This document shows, piece by piece, positions 26,952-34,716 of a stretch of DNA of 36,087 bases (position 1 is its first letter; each line of letters opens with the position of its first letter). Position numbers and translations under genes: made by a program. The stretch is from Acidobacteriaceae bacterium (GTDB taxonomy: Bacteria > Acidobacteriota > Terriglobia > Terriglobales > Acidobacteriaceae): the NCBI GenBank assembly GCA_036510715.1, contig DATCDL010000362.1:1-36087 (forward strand), given 5' to 3'. A model generated the notes under the pieces. It had not been told where the DNA came from and did no database searches. It saw only the letters and a program-made list of their open reading frames with translations.

Positions 26952-27992
26952 ATGGCAAATACTATGACGAATGTGGGATCGACCGTTGATGAAAGAATCG
27001 TCCGGAGCAGGGGTTGTCCGTGCTGCGGTCAGTCTAGCTTCACACGCTGGATGCAGGTTCCCGAAAGGTCCCAGGCTGGAGCTAGCGGCTACGAACTGCT
27101 CCGTTGCCCCTCGTGCTCACACACTTGGCTGGACAATCCGCCAATTCCAGAGGAAATGAGCTATTACTACGGACCTAATTACCATCGAGCTATCAGCCAC
27201 GCCGGAGAATCATCAAACAAGCGCTGGATACGGCAGCTACGGGTTATATCTAAGTACAAGGTTGACGGGTGCATCCTCGACATCGGGTGTAGCTCCGGCG
27301 CATTCCTCGGATACCTTCGGGGCGGTCCTTGGAAGCTCCACGGGATCGAGCCGAGTCTAAAAACAGCAGAAAGAGCCCGTGCAATGACGGGTGCAGATAT
27401 TTTCGCGGGGGAGGTGGAAAATGCAACCTTCGCACCTAATAGCTTTGATGTCATCACTTGTTCCGATGTCATGGAACACCTCTACGAACCAAGCGAGGTG
27501 TTTCGCAAGGTTCAAAGCTGGCTAAAGCCAGGCGGTATCTTCTATGTATTTGTACCCAACATCAAGTCTTGGGAAGCGCGAATCTTCCGTTCGTATTGGT
27601 ACGGGCTAGATTCGCCCCGGCACCTTCATCATTATTCGGCAGAATCGCTAGCCGGTCTTGCTAGGTCTGTAGGTCTTCGCCAGGTGCGTATGGTCACCCC
27701 GCCTGGACGTTATGTAGAACAGAGTACTTGGATATTGCTGGATGGCTTGGCTAGCAGAGCCGGTGTAAGTTGGACGCCATCGAATTTGACCGCCGAGCCC
27801 GGGATAGTTTGGAAAGTATTGCGGAAAGCACAACGGCTTAGTGTTGGGGCGTTATATAGCGCGGTAGCTTCGTACTGTGGAGCCGGCCCCAGCCTTCAGG
27901 CAGTGTTTCAAAAGACCGCTGCGCCTGATGTCGAACAAGAGAAGCCTGTGGGTCTGCAAGATCTGACCAAGCTGGTGAAGGTGTCCGCGTAG
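26952..27992 (+). CDS. Class I SAM-dependent methyltransferase with an N-terminal zinc ribbon
   Basis: CPCC...CPSC, ILDIGCSSG, FDVIT..DVMEH, LKPGG.FYVFVPN and PRHLHHYS. Confidence 0.9.
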   Translation: MANTMTNVGSTVDERIVRSRGCPCCGQSSFTRWMQVPERSQAGASGYELLRCPSCSHTWLDNPPIPEEMSYYYGPNYHRAISHAGESSNKRWIRQLRVISKYKVDGCILDIGCSSGAFLGYLRGGPWKLHGIEPSLKTAERARAMTGADIFAGEVENATFAPNSFDVITCSDVMEHLYEPSEVFRKVQSWLKPGGIFYVFVPNIKSWEARIFRSYWYGLDSPRHLHHYSAESLAGLARSVGLRQVRMVTPPGRYVEQSTWILLDGLASRAGVSWTPSNLTAEPGIVWKVLRKAQRLSVGALYSAVASYCGAGPSLQAVFQKTAAPDVEQEKPVGLQDLTKLVKVSA

Positions 27993-28104
27993 GCTGAACT
28001 TGTCTCCCTGCAGGGAAGCCTACGCAGACGACGAGCTTCTCGAATTGTAGTACGCACGTTGACGACGTTTACCAACAGATTACAAGAGGAGCCGGATCGT
28101 CTTT

Positions 28105-29571
28105 GTGAGCGTCTCCCACCGACTTAAAATTGTGGCCAACCGCGTCTTACAGGGCGAGAGCCTTAGGGCCAAAGCGGCGCGTGGCGGCGCGTGGCTGGGA
28201 AGCGGCAGCTTTGCTGAGCAGGTGAGCCGCTTTGCCCGGAACATGTTGCTGACTCGGTTGCTGGCTCCAAGCGCATTTGGCGCCATGGCGATTGTATTGT
28301 CCTCGTCTTCCCTTGTATCGTCCTTTTCCGATGTTGGGCTCTGGCCAGCGGTGATTCGGAACCCGCGCGGAGGAGACGACGCGTACCTCAATGCTGCGTG
28401 GTGGCTGGGCATCGGACGTGCGATTGGCATCTATGCTTTGATCTTTGCAGCGGCCCCTTTGGTCTCCCGCTTTTACGGAATGCCAGACCTGTCCATGTTG
28501 CTCCGAGTGGCTTTATTGAGCATCGTCCTCGATGGCATGATAAGTCCCCGTTCCAAACTTGCGCAAAAGGAGATGAAGTTCGGGAAATGGGCATTCATCA
28601 GCAATGGCGGCGGAATTTGCGGCGTAGTCCTAACAGTAATTCTCAGCTTTGTTCTTCGAGATGTGAGGGCGCTCGCGATCGGTTATTGCTGCGAGAATGC
28701 ATTTCGGTGTCTATTCTCTTATATTCTGTTCCCTGGTTTGCCGTCTCTCAAGTGGGACAGCCACGCTATTGGTGACCTTCTAACATTTTCAAAAGGGATG
28801 CTCGGTTTATCTTTTCTCAACTTGATTTTTGCGCGCGCCGACATCTTTGTGTTGGGGAAACTATATTCCCCTGAAGCATTGGGAATTTACACGATGGCTG
28901 TGTACCTGGTTCAGACCCCCTCGAGCTTCCTGATTAACATACTCGGTGTAACTCTCTTACCTGCATTCTCGCATGTCCGGGAGGACACCGAGCGCGGTAA
29001 CCGCATCCTTTCGGAGGTAACGTCCTGGATTATCCTTCTTGGGTTGCCGGCGGTGGTGATGATTTGGCAATGTGGGTCGTCTCTCCTGACGGTCACTTAT
29101 GGGGCTCGCTATGCCGCGGCTGCCGGGGCGCTAGCCGTTGCGGCAGGGGTGGCCCTCCTAAATACACTAAACTCCCTGGTGACCAATCTGTTTTACGCCG
29201 CCGGGCGCCCTGCACTTCATCGCCGCGCCGTAGGCGCATCTGCAGTTGTCATGATGATCGCGATTTATCCCGCCTGTAAATACATGGGATCGGTAGGAGG
29301 CCAATTCGCAGCGCTCCTCGCGATCTCTGCCAGCTATGCCCTTCAGATTGTGAGAGCGCGTAGTATCACGGGCTTATCTGTTCTTCAATACGGAAGGGCC
29401 GTTGTGCCAGCCATGCTGGTAACTGCAGTGATTCTTATCGTCGGAGTTGGCGAGCGTTTTCTAGGATTGGCAACCAGGCCGCTAGCTAACATTGCCGTTG
29501 CCGCTGCCGCCTGCCTGGTAGCTTATGCCCTGAGCGTGCCGGCTTTCATGAGAATTAGGGAGATCGCATAA
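28105..29571 (+). CDS. wzx: Wzx-type oligosaccharide flippase
   Basis: LLTRLLAPSAFG, FSDVGL..AVI and ADIFVLGKL....LGIYTMA motifs, with about 12-14 TM segments. Confidence 0.88.
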   Translation: MSVSHRLKIVANRVLQGESLRAKAARGGAWLGSGSFAEQVSRFARNMLLTRLLAPSAFGAMAIVLSSSSLVSSFSDVGLWPAVIRNPRGGDDAYLNAAWWLGIGRAIGIYALIFAAAPLVSRFYGMPDLSMLLRVALLSIVLDGMISPRSKLAQKEMKFGKWAFISNGGGICGVVLTVILSFVLRDVRALAIGYCCENAFRCLFSYILFPGLPSLKWDSHAIGDLLTFSKGMLGLSFLNLIFARADIFVLGKLYSPEALGIYTMAVYLVQTPSSFLINILGVTLLPAFSHVREDTERGNRILSEVTSWIILLGLPAVVMIWQCGSSLLTVTYGARYAAAAGALAVAAGVALLNTLNSLVTNLFYAAGRPALHRRAVGASAVVMMIAIYPACKYMGSVGGQFAALLAISASYALQIVRARSITGLSVLQYGRAVVPAMLVTAVILIVGVGERFLGLATRPLANIAVAAAACLVAYALSVPAFMRIREIA

Positions 29572-29667
29572 GGGATTGAAACTCGTCGGGTCGTATCCTC
29601 GTCCCGGATGAATCGCCTTCAGTCGTCTGTACTTCTTACTCTGTAGCACCGGAAAGAAGATTCAACT

Positions 29668-30357
29668 ATGCAGTCACTTTCAAATAAGCCTGGAGCTCAT
29701 TTTGAAGACCCGCTATCGTATTTCTTCAGAGCCAGAACGAAGATATATACCCTGTGGCTCAGAGCGATCTATCCATTTGTCTCAATAGGGCGTAACCTGT
29801 CGATCCATTACGCCATTAAACTAAGCAGGTGTGTGGCCCACCAAATCAAGCTGGGCAACTCTGTGATCATTTGGGAAGATGTGTGGCTCTATGTCCTTCC
29901 CGATCTCGGGAACAATGTAAAGATCGTCATCGACGATAACTGTTCTATAGGTGCCAGGAGCACAATATCTGCGAAGAACTCTATTCATTTGGAAGAGAAC
30001 GTCATAATGGCAACCTCCGTACTTATCCAAGACCATAATCACGCCTACGAGGACATTAACCGCCCAATCCGGGACCAGGGTGTTACAGCCGGAGGCCGAA
30101 TTCGGATAGAGAGAGGATGCTGGATTGGTCAGGGAACAGCAATAGTGTGCAATGAGGGCGAAGTAGTGATCGGTCGCAATAGCGTCATTGGTGCGAACGC
30201 CCTTGTTACAAGGAGTTGCCCTCCGTATTCCGTGATTGTGGGTAACCCCGGCAGGGTTGCAAAGCGATTCGATGCAGCAAGAGGTTCCTGGGTTGGCGGA
30301 GAAACTGGTCGTCCCATGCTCTCGGAATTTGTCCGTCAGGATCTTCGGCAGCTTTAG
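29668..30357 (+). CDS. Hexapeptide-repeat (LbH) O-acyltransferase, paralog 1
   Basis: IQDHNHAYED, CWIG and IGRNSVIGANALVT...PPYSVIVGNPGR. Confidence 0.88.
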   Translation: MQSLSNKPGAHFEDPLSYFFRARTKIYTLWLRAIYPFVSIGRNLSIHYAIKLSRCVAHQIKLGNSVIIWEDVWLYVLPDLGNNVKIVIDDNCSIGARSTISAKNSIHLEENVIMATSVLIQDHNHAYEDINRPIRDQGVTAGGRIRIERGCWIGQGTAIVCNEGEVVIGRNSVIGANALVTRSCPPYSVIVGNPGRVAKRFDAARGSWVGGETGRPMLSEFVRQDLRQL

Positions 30358-30381
30358 ACCCCAGAGGAAGAGACAACTAGA

Positions 30382-31161
30382 ATGATGCAGCCCGGCCGCG
30401 GATCGCCCGCTCGATTCGAAGACCCAATCAATACTATTCTTCGATGTGTCAACAAGCTCTACAGCATGTGGCTGCAGGCGACATATCCTTTTGCGGGTAG
30501 CGGTCGCAAACTTTCCATCCATTACCCCTGTGAAATGAGCAGGCGGGTCGCGCACCAGATCAAGCTAGGCAACTTTGTGCTCATCTGGAAAGACACGTGG
30601 CTGAATATTGTGCCCGGGCCTGATAATGAGTTGAAGATTATCATCGACGACAACTGCGTTATCGGTCGCCGAAACTCGATTTCGGCCAAAAACTCAATTC
30701 ACATAGAGCGTGACGTAATACTCTCAAGCTCAGTGCTAATCCACGACCACGCGCATGCTTACGAAGACATAAACCTCCCGATCCGCGCTCAAGGTGTTAC
30801 TCCAGGAGGAAAAATTCGAATAGAGCAGGGGTGTTGGATTGGCAATGGTTCATCAATTATGTGCAACGGTGGAGAACTGGTGATCGGTCGCAATAGCGTC
30901 ATTGGTGCTGATGCAGTGATTACTAAAAGCGTTCCCCCCTATTCGGTGGTTGTGGGAAACCCTGGCAGAGTTGTTAAGCATTTCGATCTGAATACGCAAG
31001 TCTGGGTTGAGGCTCCAGTTCGTTCGATGGGAGCGGAACTCCCAAGACACGTCCCGGGCAAGACAGATCTGGTGGACCCGCCACACTGCGCGATTCTTCG
31101 TCAAGAGCCGGAAGCACATTCTAGGTGGTCTGTGGATACGAAGGAGGCAACAAATGGATGA
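30382..31161 (+). CDS. Hexapeptide-repeat (LbH) O-acyltransferase, paralog 2
   Basis: IHDHAHAYED, CWIG and IGRNSVIGADAVIT...PPYSVVVGNPGR; colinear with paralog 1. Confidence 0.88.
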   Translation: MMQPGRGSPARFEDPINTILRCVNKLYSMWLQATYPFAGSGRKLSIHYPCEMSRRVAHQIKLGNFVLIWKDTWLNIVPGPDNELKIIIDDNCVIGRRNSISAKNSIHIERDVILSSSVLIHDHAHAYEDINLPIRAQGVTPGGKIRIEQGCWIGNGSSIMCNGGELVIGRNSVIGADAVITKSVPPYSVVVGNPGRVVKHFDLNTQVWVEAPVRSMGAELPRHVPGKTDLVDPPHCAILRQEPEAHSRWSVDTKEATNG

Positions 31162-31420
31162 GCAGCAAACGCGTCTCGCGGGATGTTTCTTGGCGGTTTT
31201 CCCCGAACTAAGCTCCGACAGAATTATGGAGGCCAGCTCGATCTCTGTGCAGAACTGGGATTCTGTGGCGGGTGTTACCCTTCTCACGGTTGTCGAAGAA
31301 GAGTTCGGGATCGATATCGAAGACGACGACTTGGCCAGGTTCAATTCGTTCAAGGGATTTCTGAGCTACCTGCAAGAGACAGAGAACGGTGGACAATCCT
31401 CTGGTGACCGAGACGCGTAA
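31154..31420 (+). CDS. Acyl carrier protein (WDS type), 88 aa
   Basis: ATG 31154 follows RBS AAGGAGG (31141-31147). The sequence NWDSVAGVTLLTVVEEEFGIDI carries the phosphopantetheine serine motif. It is the 3' part of the track ORF 31007..31420. Confidence 0.88.
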   Translation: MDEQQTRLAGCFLAVFPELSSDRIMEASSISVQNWDSVAGVTLLTVVEEEFGIDIEDDDLARFNSFKGFLSYLQETENGGQSSGDRDA

Positions 31421-31938
31421 GAACCATGGTCTCTCGCAAGTCGAAGGGAACGAAATGATGTCAACGGTCGAGCGAAGTGGTGTATGACGTTGCAGCACGG
31501 AGCGGTATCTGCGTGGCTTAAACGTTGAGAGACGCCACGATTCGACTGAGGCGTTTATCCCATAGGTGTTCTGGCCGAATGGAGATGCTGAGGATGAAAT
31601 TGAGAACAGTGGCTGTTCTATGTGTTTTATCCCCACACCATTGACAGAAATGAGGTCGACTTGTCGCGACCTTATATTGGAAACGCCCATTTTGCATTGA
31701 AGTGGTGAGCACAGTCTTCACTGAACTGACCGAAAGACACGACGGAATCACTCGCATTCGTGAGAGGCGAATTAAGGCCCTTTTGACACCACCGATCAGC
31801 GGGCGCTTCGTGTTAGGGCACTTCGCCATGGCGTTCCCTGGACCAGAATTCTTCGCGCAAGCGGCATCGGCTGAACCGCAAGCGGCTCCGCAGCCCGGCG
31901 CCTAACCCATAACCCCTAACCCTGAAGGAAGGTAAATC

Positions 31939-32616
31939 ATGAACACGACGCTACTTATCCCGCAACAGCCGCAGAACCACGCACTGGACTCTTCGATCAA
32001 ACAACAGATCAACAATATGATCGATGATCTTATGGCTTCATTGCCTGATATCAAAGATCTGACGAGTGCCGAGCGGCGAGGGATCATTGCACGTTATACC
32101 GCTGTGTTGGAGGGTAATTTCATCTACTGGATGACCGCGACTCTTCTCGCTGTTAAGTCAGAAGAGGCGCGCCCGATTCTCCTGGATAATCTACACGAGG
32201 AGGTGCGTGATGCCCATCCGGCAATGATGCGAAGATTTGCGATGGCCGCACACGCTTTCCCAACAGACGCGGACGCGATCGACGTCCATGACGATATGAC
32301 CAACGTTCGCCTGTTTCTAGGTAAGCTCTCGGGAGTGCAATCAGTCCTTACAATGGCCTTCTTCGAAGGGTTCATACAGAGGTTCATGGGCTATTTGGCG
32401 GCCCTTGCCAAAGCACAGGGCTCGGATGATATGGAATACACGGATGTGCATGGCGTCTGCGATATTGCGCACACAGACGGCCTCTTCTGCGCGCTTTCCG
32501 TTGAGATGGGAATCAATCCCCTTGATCCTGAGATGGATCTGTTTGAAGGCGTCTATCTCCTTCGCACCCTGATCGAGAATATCGTCTTCAACCGCGTTGA
32601 AGCACTTTCAGCCTAA
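31939..32616 (+). CDS. Heme-oxygenase-like diiron enzyme (HDO; CADD/PqqC-like iron-containing redox enzyme)
   Basis: Predicted helical protein with candidate ligands NLHEEVRDAH, FFEG and HGVCDIAH, matching the E..H / E / HxxxDxxH set of CADD-type proteins. RBS GAAGGAAGG. Confidence 0.72.
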   Translation: MNTTLLIPQQPQNHALDSSIKQQINNMIDDLMASLPDIKDLTSAERRGIIARYTAVLEGNFIYWMTATLLAVKSEEARPILLDNLHEEVRDAHPAMMRRFAMAAHAFPTDADAIDVHDDMTNVRLFLGKLSGVQSVLTMAFFEGFIQRFMGYLAALAKAQGSDDMEYTDVHGVCDIAHTDGLFCALSVEMGINPLDPEMDLFEGVYLLRTLIENIVFNRVEALSA

Positions 32617-32637
32617 GCATCCAGAGGAGGAAACGCG

Positions 32638-33456
32638 TTGCGGACTCAGTCTCAAATCAAAGCTAAAGTGCCGGAGCATGCCAGATACTTTCCGGTTCCT
32701 GGTGCGCACCTTTACACCGTGCTGCACCAGGTGCGGGATCCGGTTGCTCGTGTTCTCCTGGTCGGAGCATTTGCGTCGGAACGGCATTTTTCTTACTCGC
32801 CATGGGTCCGGTGGGCTCGATATTTGGCCGCAAGACAGATTGAAGTTCTTCGCTATGATTATCGCGGTCTGGGTGAGAGCACGGGCATTTTCGAAGAGAT
32901 GAGTTTTGACACTTGGAGTGAGGACGTCCAACTTCTAGCCAAATGGTTTGTGGGTAGTTCGTCTAGCGTGCCTCTCCTGCTTCACGGACTCGAGATCGGC
33001 GCCATCCTCGCCGGTAGGAGTTTCCATGAGGGAACAGGCGACGCGCTGCTCCTGTGGTCGCCTCCCGCTAACGCAAATCAGGCGCTCCGCTCGAGCCTTC
33101 TACACTGGGCGGGCTTGGGACAACTGAATGATTCTCCCGAGAACCGGAAGACCGCCTCTGAATATATCCAGCAGCTAGAGCAAGGTTCCCTTATCGAAGT
33201 GCAAGGATATCAATGGTCGAGCCGTCTCTGGCGTGACTCTTTTCATTTCAACCTGCCGGACACCCTGCATACCGAAGACTCCTCCTGCGAGTCACAAAAG
33301 AAGCCAGTCAAGATAGTGAAGCTTGGAAAGGAGGCGACCCCTCTAGTTAAACCGCACTTTGGGAATGACGAAGCTAGGGACTTTAGCTGGTTGTACTCAT
33401 ATCATTACGATTGGGTCGTCGAGGCCTTAGCCCTCCCGAACCGGAGGGAACAATGA
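32638..33456 (+). CDS. Alpha/beta-hydrolase-fold protein lacking the nucleophile (resembles exosortase-system-associated hydrolase 2)
   Basis: GAFASER, LRYDYRGLGESTG, elbow LHGLEIGA, LLLWSP and IEVQGY. Confidence 0.75.
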   Translation: MRTQSQIKAKVPEHARYFPVPGAHLYTVLHQVRDPVARVLLVGAFASERHFSYSPWVRWARYLAARQIEVLRYDYRGLGESTGIFEEMSFDTWSEDVQLLAKWFVGSSSSVPLLLHGLEIGAILAGRSFHEGTGDALLLWSPPANANQALRSSLLHWAGLGQLNDSPENRKTASEYIQQLEQGSLIEVQGYQWSSRLWRDSFHFNLPDTLHTEDSSCESQKKPVKIVKLGKEATPLVKPHFGNDEARDFSWLYSYHYDWVVEALALPNRREQ

Positions 33457-34439
33457 CGGAGTCAATTGAAAGACGTGAGTTGTTTGTGTTGGATGGCTCT
33501 GATGTTCTTATCCGGGGCACCTATCATAAGGCTTGCGAAGACAACTCAGATGTACGCCCAAACCTGATTGCAGAAGATCGCATTGGCGTCGTATTTCTGA
33601 ATTCCACGTCTCCGACACGAGCAGCGAATGGCGATACGGCGGTCTATTTGGCAGAGTCGTTTGCAGAATGCGGCTATCCGACGTTTCGACTTGATCTGCC
33701 TGGATTCGGAGACTCAGAGGGAGACCATCCAGAAGATTTGATTGGTTTCATCAGCCGAGGAGGGTATGCAACCATAGCCTCCTCCAAAGTTAAAGAGCTC
33801 GTCGCACGATTCAATCTGTCCGGAGTAGTCATAGTGGGACACTGCGCTGGCTCAGTATCCGCACTCTACACAGCGGCTATCAGCAGAGAGTGCAGGGGCA
33901 TCGTCTTAATAGGTCCCTTCTTCCACTTGACGCGGCCAATACGACCCACGAAGATTCGGCGAAATCTGAAACTCTGGGCACTCCACAGCCGGCTCGGGAG
34001 TGTTTTCAGTAGGATCTTTGAGGTTCTGAATGAGGTTCGCCTGCCCGTCCGCGCAAGAGGTCTCCCGAAGAATGCGAATCGCCCACTTCTTCGTTGCTGG
34101 AAGAAGATGGCTCCCGCAGGTCTGCCTATCCTAATTCTCAAGGGACCCGACAGGAGGACTTCCGGCATGAAACCAGTGGACCGTGAATTCGACTACCTGA
34201 AGTATCTTCTACGGGTGGCAGGTCGCGGGAGTCAGGTTGTCGTGAAAGTTACGGACGGCGCCAATAATGCCTTCGCGAACCGAAAGGGCCGAGCGGCGGT
34301 CCAGCAGCATACTCAACAATGGCTAAATGCTTGTTTCCCGTTAATGAAACATGAAGTGGATGTTGTAGGAACCTTGGGTTCCGAACGCGGAGAAAGTAGA
34401 AAGCACAATAAACTCCACGAGAGTTACTTGCACGAATAG
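33453..34439 (+). CDS. Alpha/beta-hydrolase-fold protein with Cys at the nucleophile elbow (resembles exosortase-system-associated hydrolase 1)
   Basis: ATG 33453 overlaps the upstream stop (ATGA) after GGAGGG. Motifs FRLDLPGFGDSEG, elbow VGHCAGS and late DGANNAF. Confidence 0.75.
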   Translation: MTESIERRELFVLDGSDVLIRGTYHKACEDNSDVRPNLIAEDRIGVVFLNSTSPTRAANGDTAVYLAESFAECGYPTFRLDLPGFGDSEGDHPEDLIGFISRGGYATIASSKVKELVARFNLSGVVIVGHCAGSVSALYTAAISRECRGIVLIGPFFHLTRPIRPTKIRRNLKLWALHSRLGSVFSRIFEVLNEVRLPVRARGLPKNANRPLLRCWKKMAPAGLPILILKGPDRRTSGMKPVDREFDYLKYLLRVAGRGSQVVVKVTDGANNAFANRKGRAAVQQHTQQWLNACFPLMKHEVDVVGTLGSERGESRKHNKLHESYLHE

Positions 34440-34470
34440 CATTCTCCACGGAAAGTAGGCAATCACTCAT

Positions 34471-34716
34471 ATGAACATTCGATCAGAGATCATAAACCAA
34501 TTCACCCAGGTGGCCCAAGGTCAAGGCTTACCCCTGGCGCCACTAACCGACGATCTGGAACTTCTGGATTCCGGTCTCGACTCACTATGCTTTGCAATCG
34601 TCGTTGCCCGGCTTGAGGGATCGATTGGAGTAGATCCCTTCACAGCCTCCGAGGATGCTCACTTCCCTATAACCTTTGGCGAGTTTGTCACCTTTTATGA
34701 AAATGCCGCAAACTAA
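34471..34716 (+). CDS. Acyl carrier protein (GLDS type)
   Basis: 81 aa, acidic, with LLDSGLDSLCFAIVVARLE. Confidence 0.9.
   Translation: MNIRSEIINQFTQVAQGQGLPLAPLTDDLELLDSGLDSLCFAIVVARLEGSIGVDPFTASEDAHFPITFGEFVTFYENAAN

Noticed and set aside
19363-27992. Methoxymalonyl-ACP (FkbG-K) polyketide extender pathway
   Set aside because: No FkbI/FkbK dehydrogenases or PKS in the window, and the methyltransferases are not recognisably FkbG-type. It cannot be excluded beyond the window edge.
31478-31696. Sigma-54-like TGG...TTGCA motifs at 31478 and 31678
   Set aside because: GG-to-GC spacing is 11 and 13 nt rather than the required 10.
31702-31905. 67-aa ORF upstream of the HDO gene as a RiPP precursor
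   Set aside because: GTG start without an RBS, no leader/core pattern, and the neighbours point to ACP-bound substrates.
31901-31923. CCTAAC-like (telomere-like) triple repeat
   Set aside because: Three short imperfect units next to an RBS are consistent with chance.
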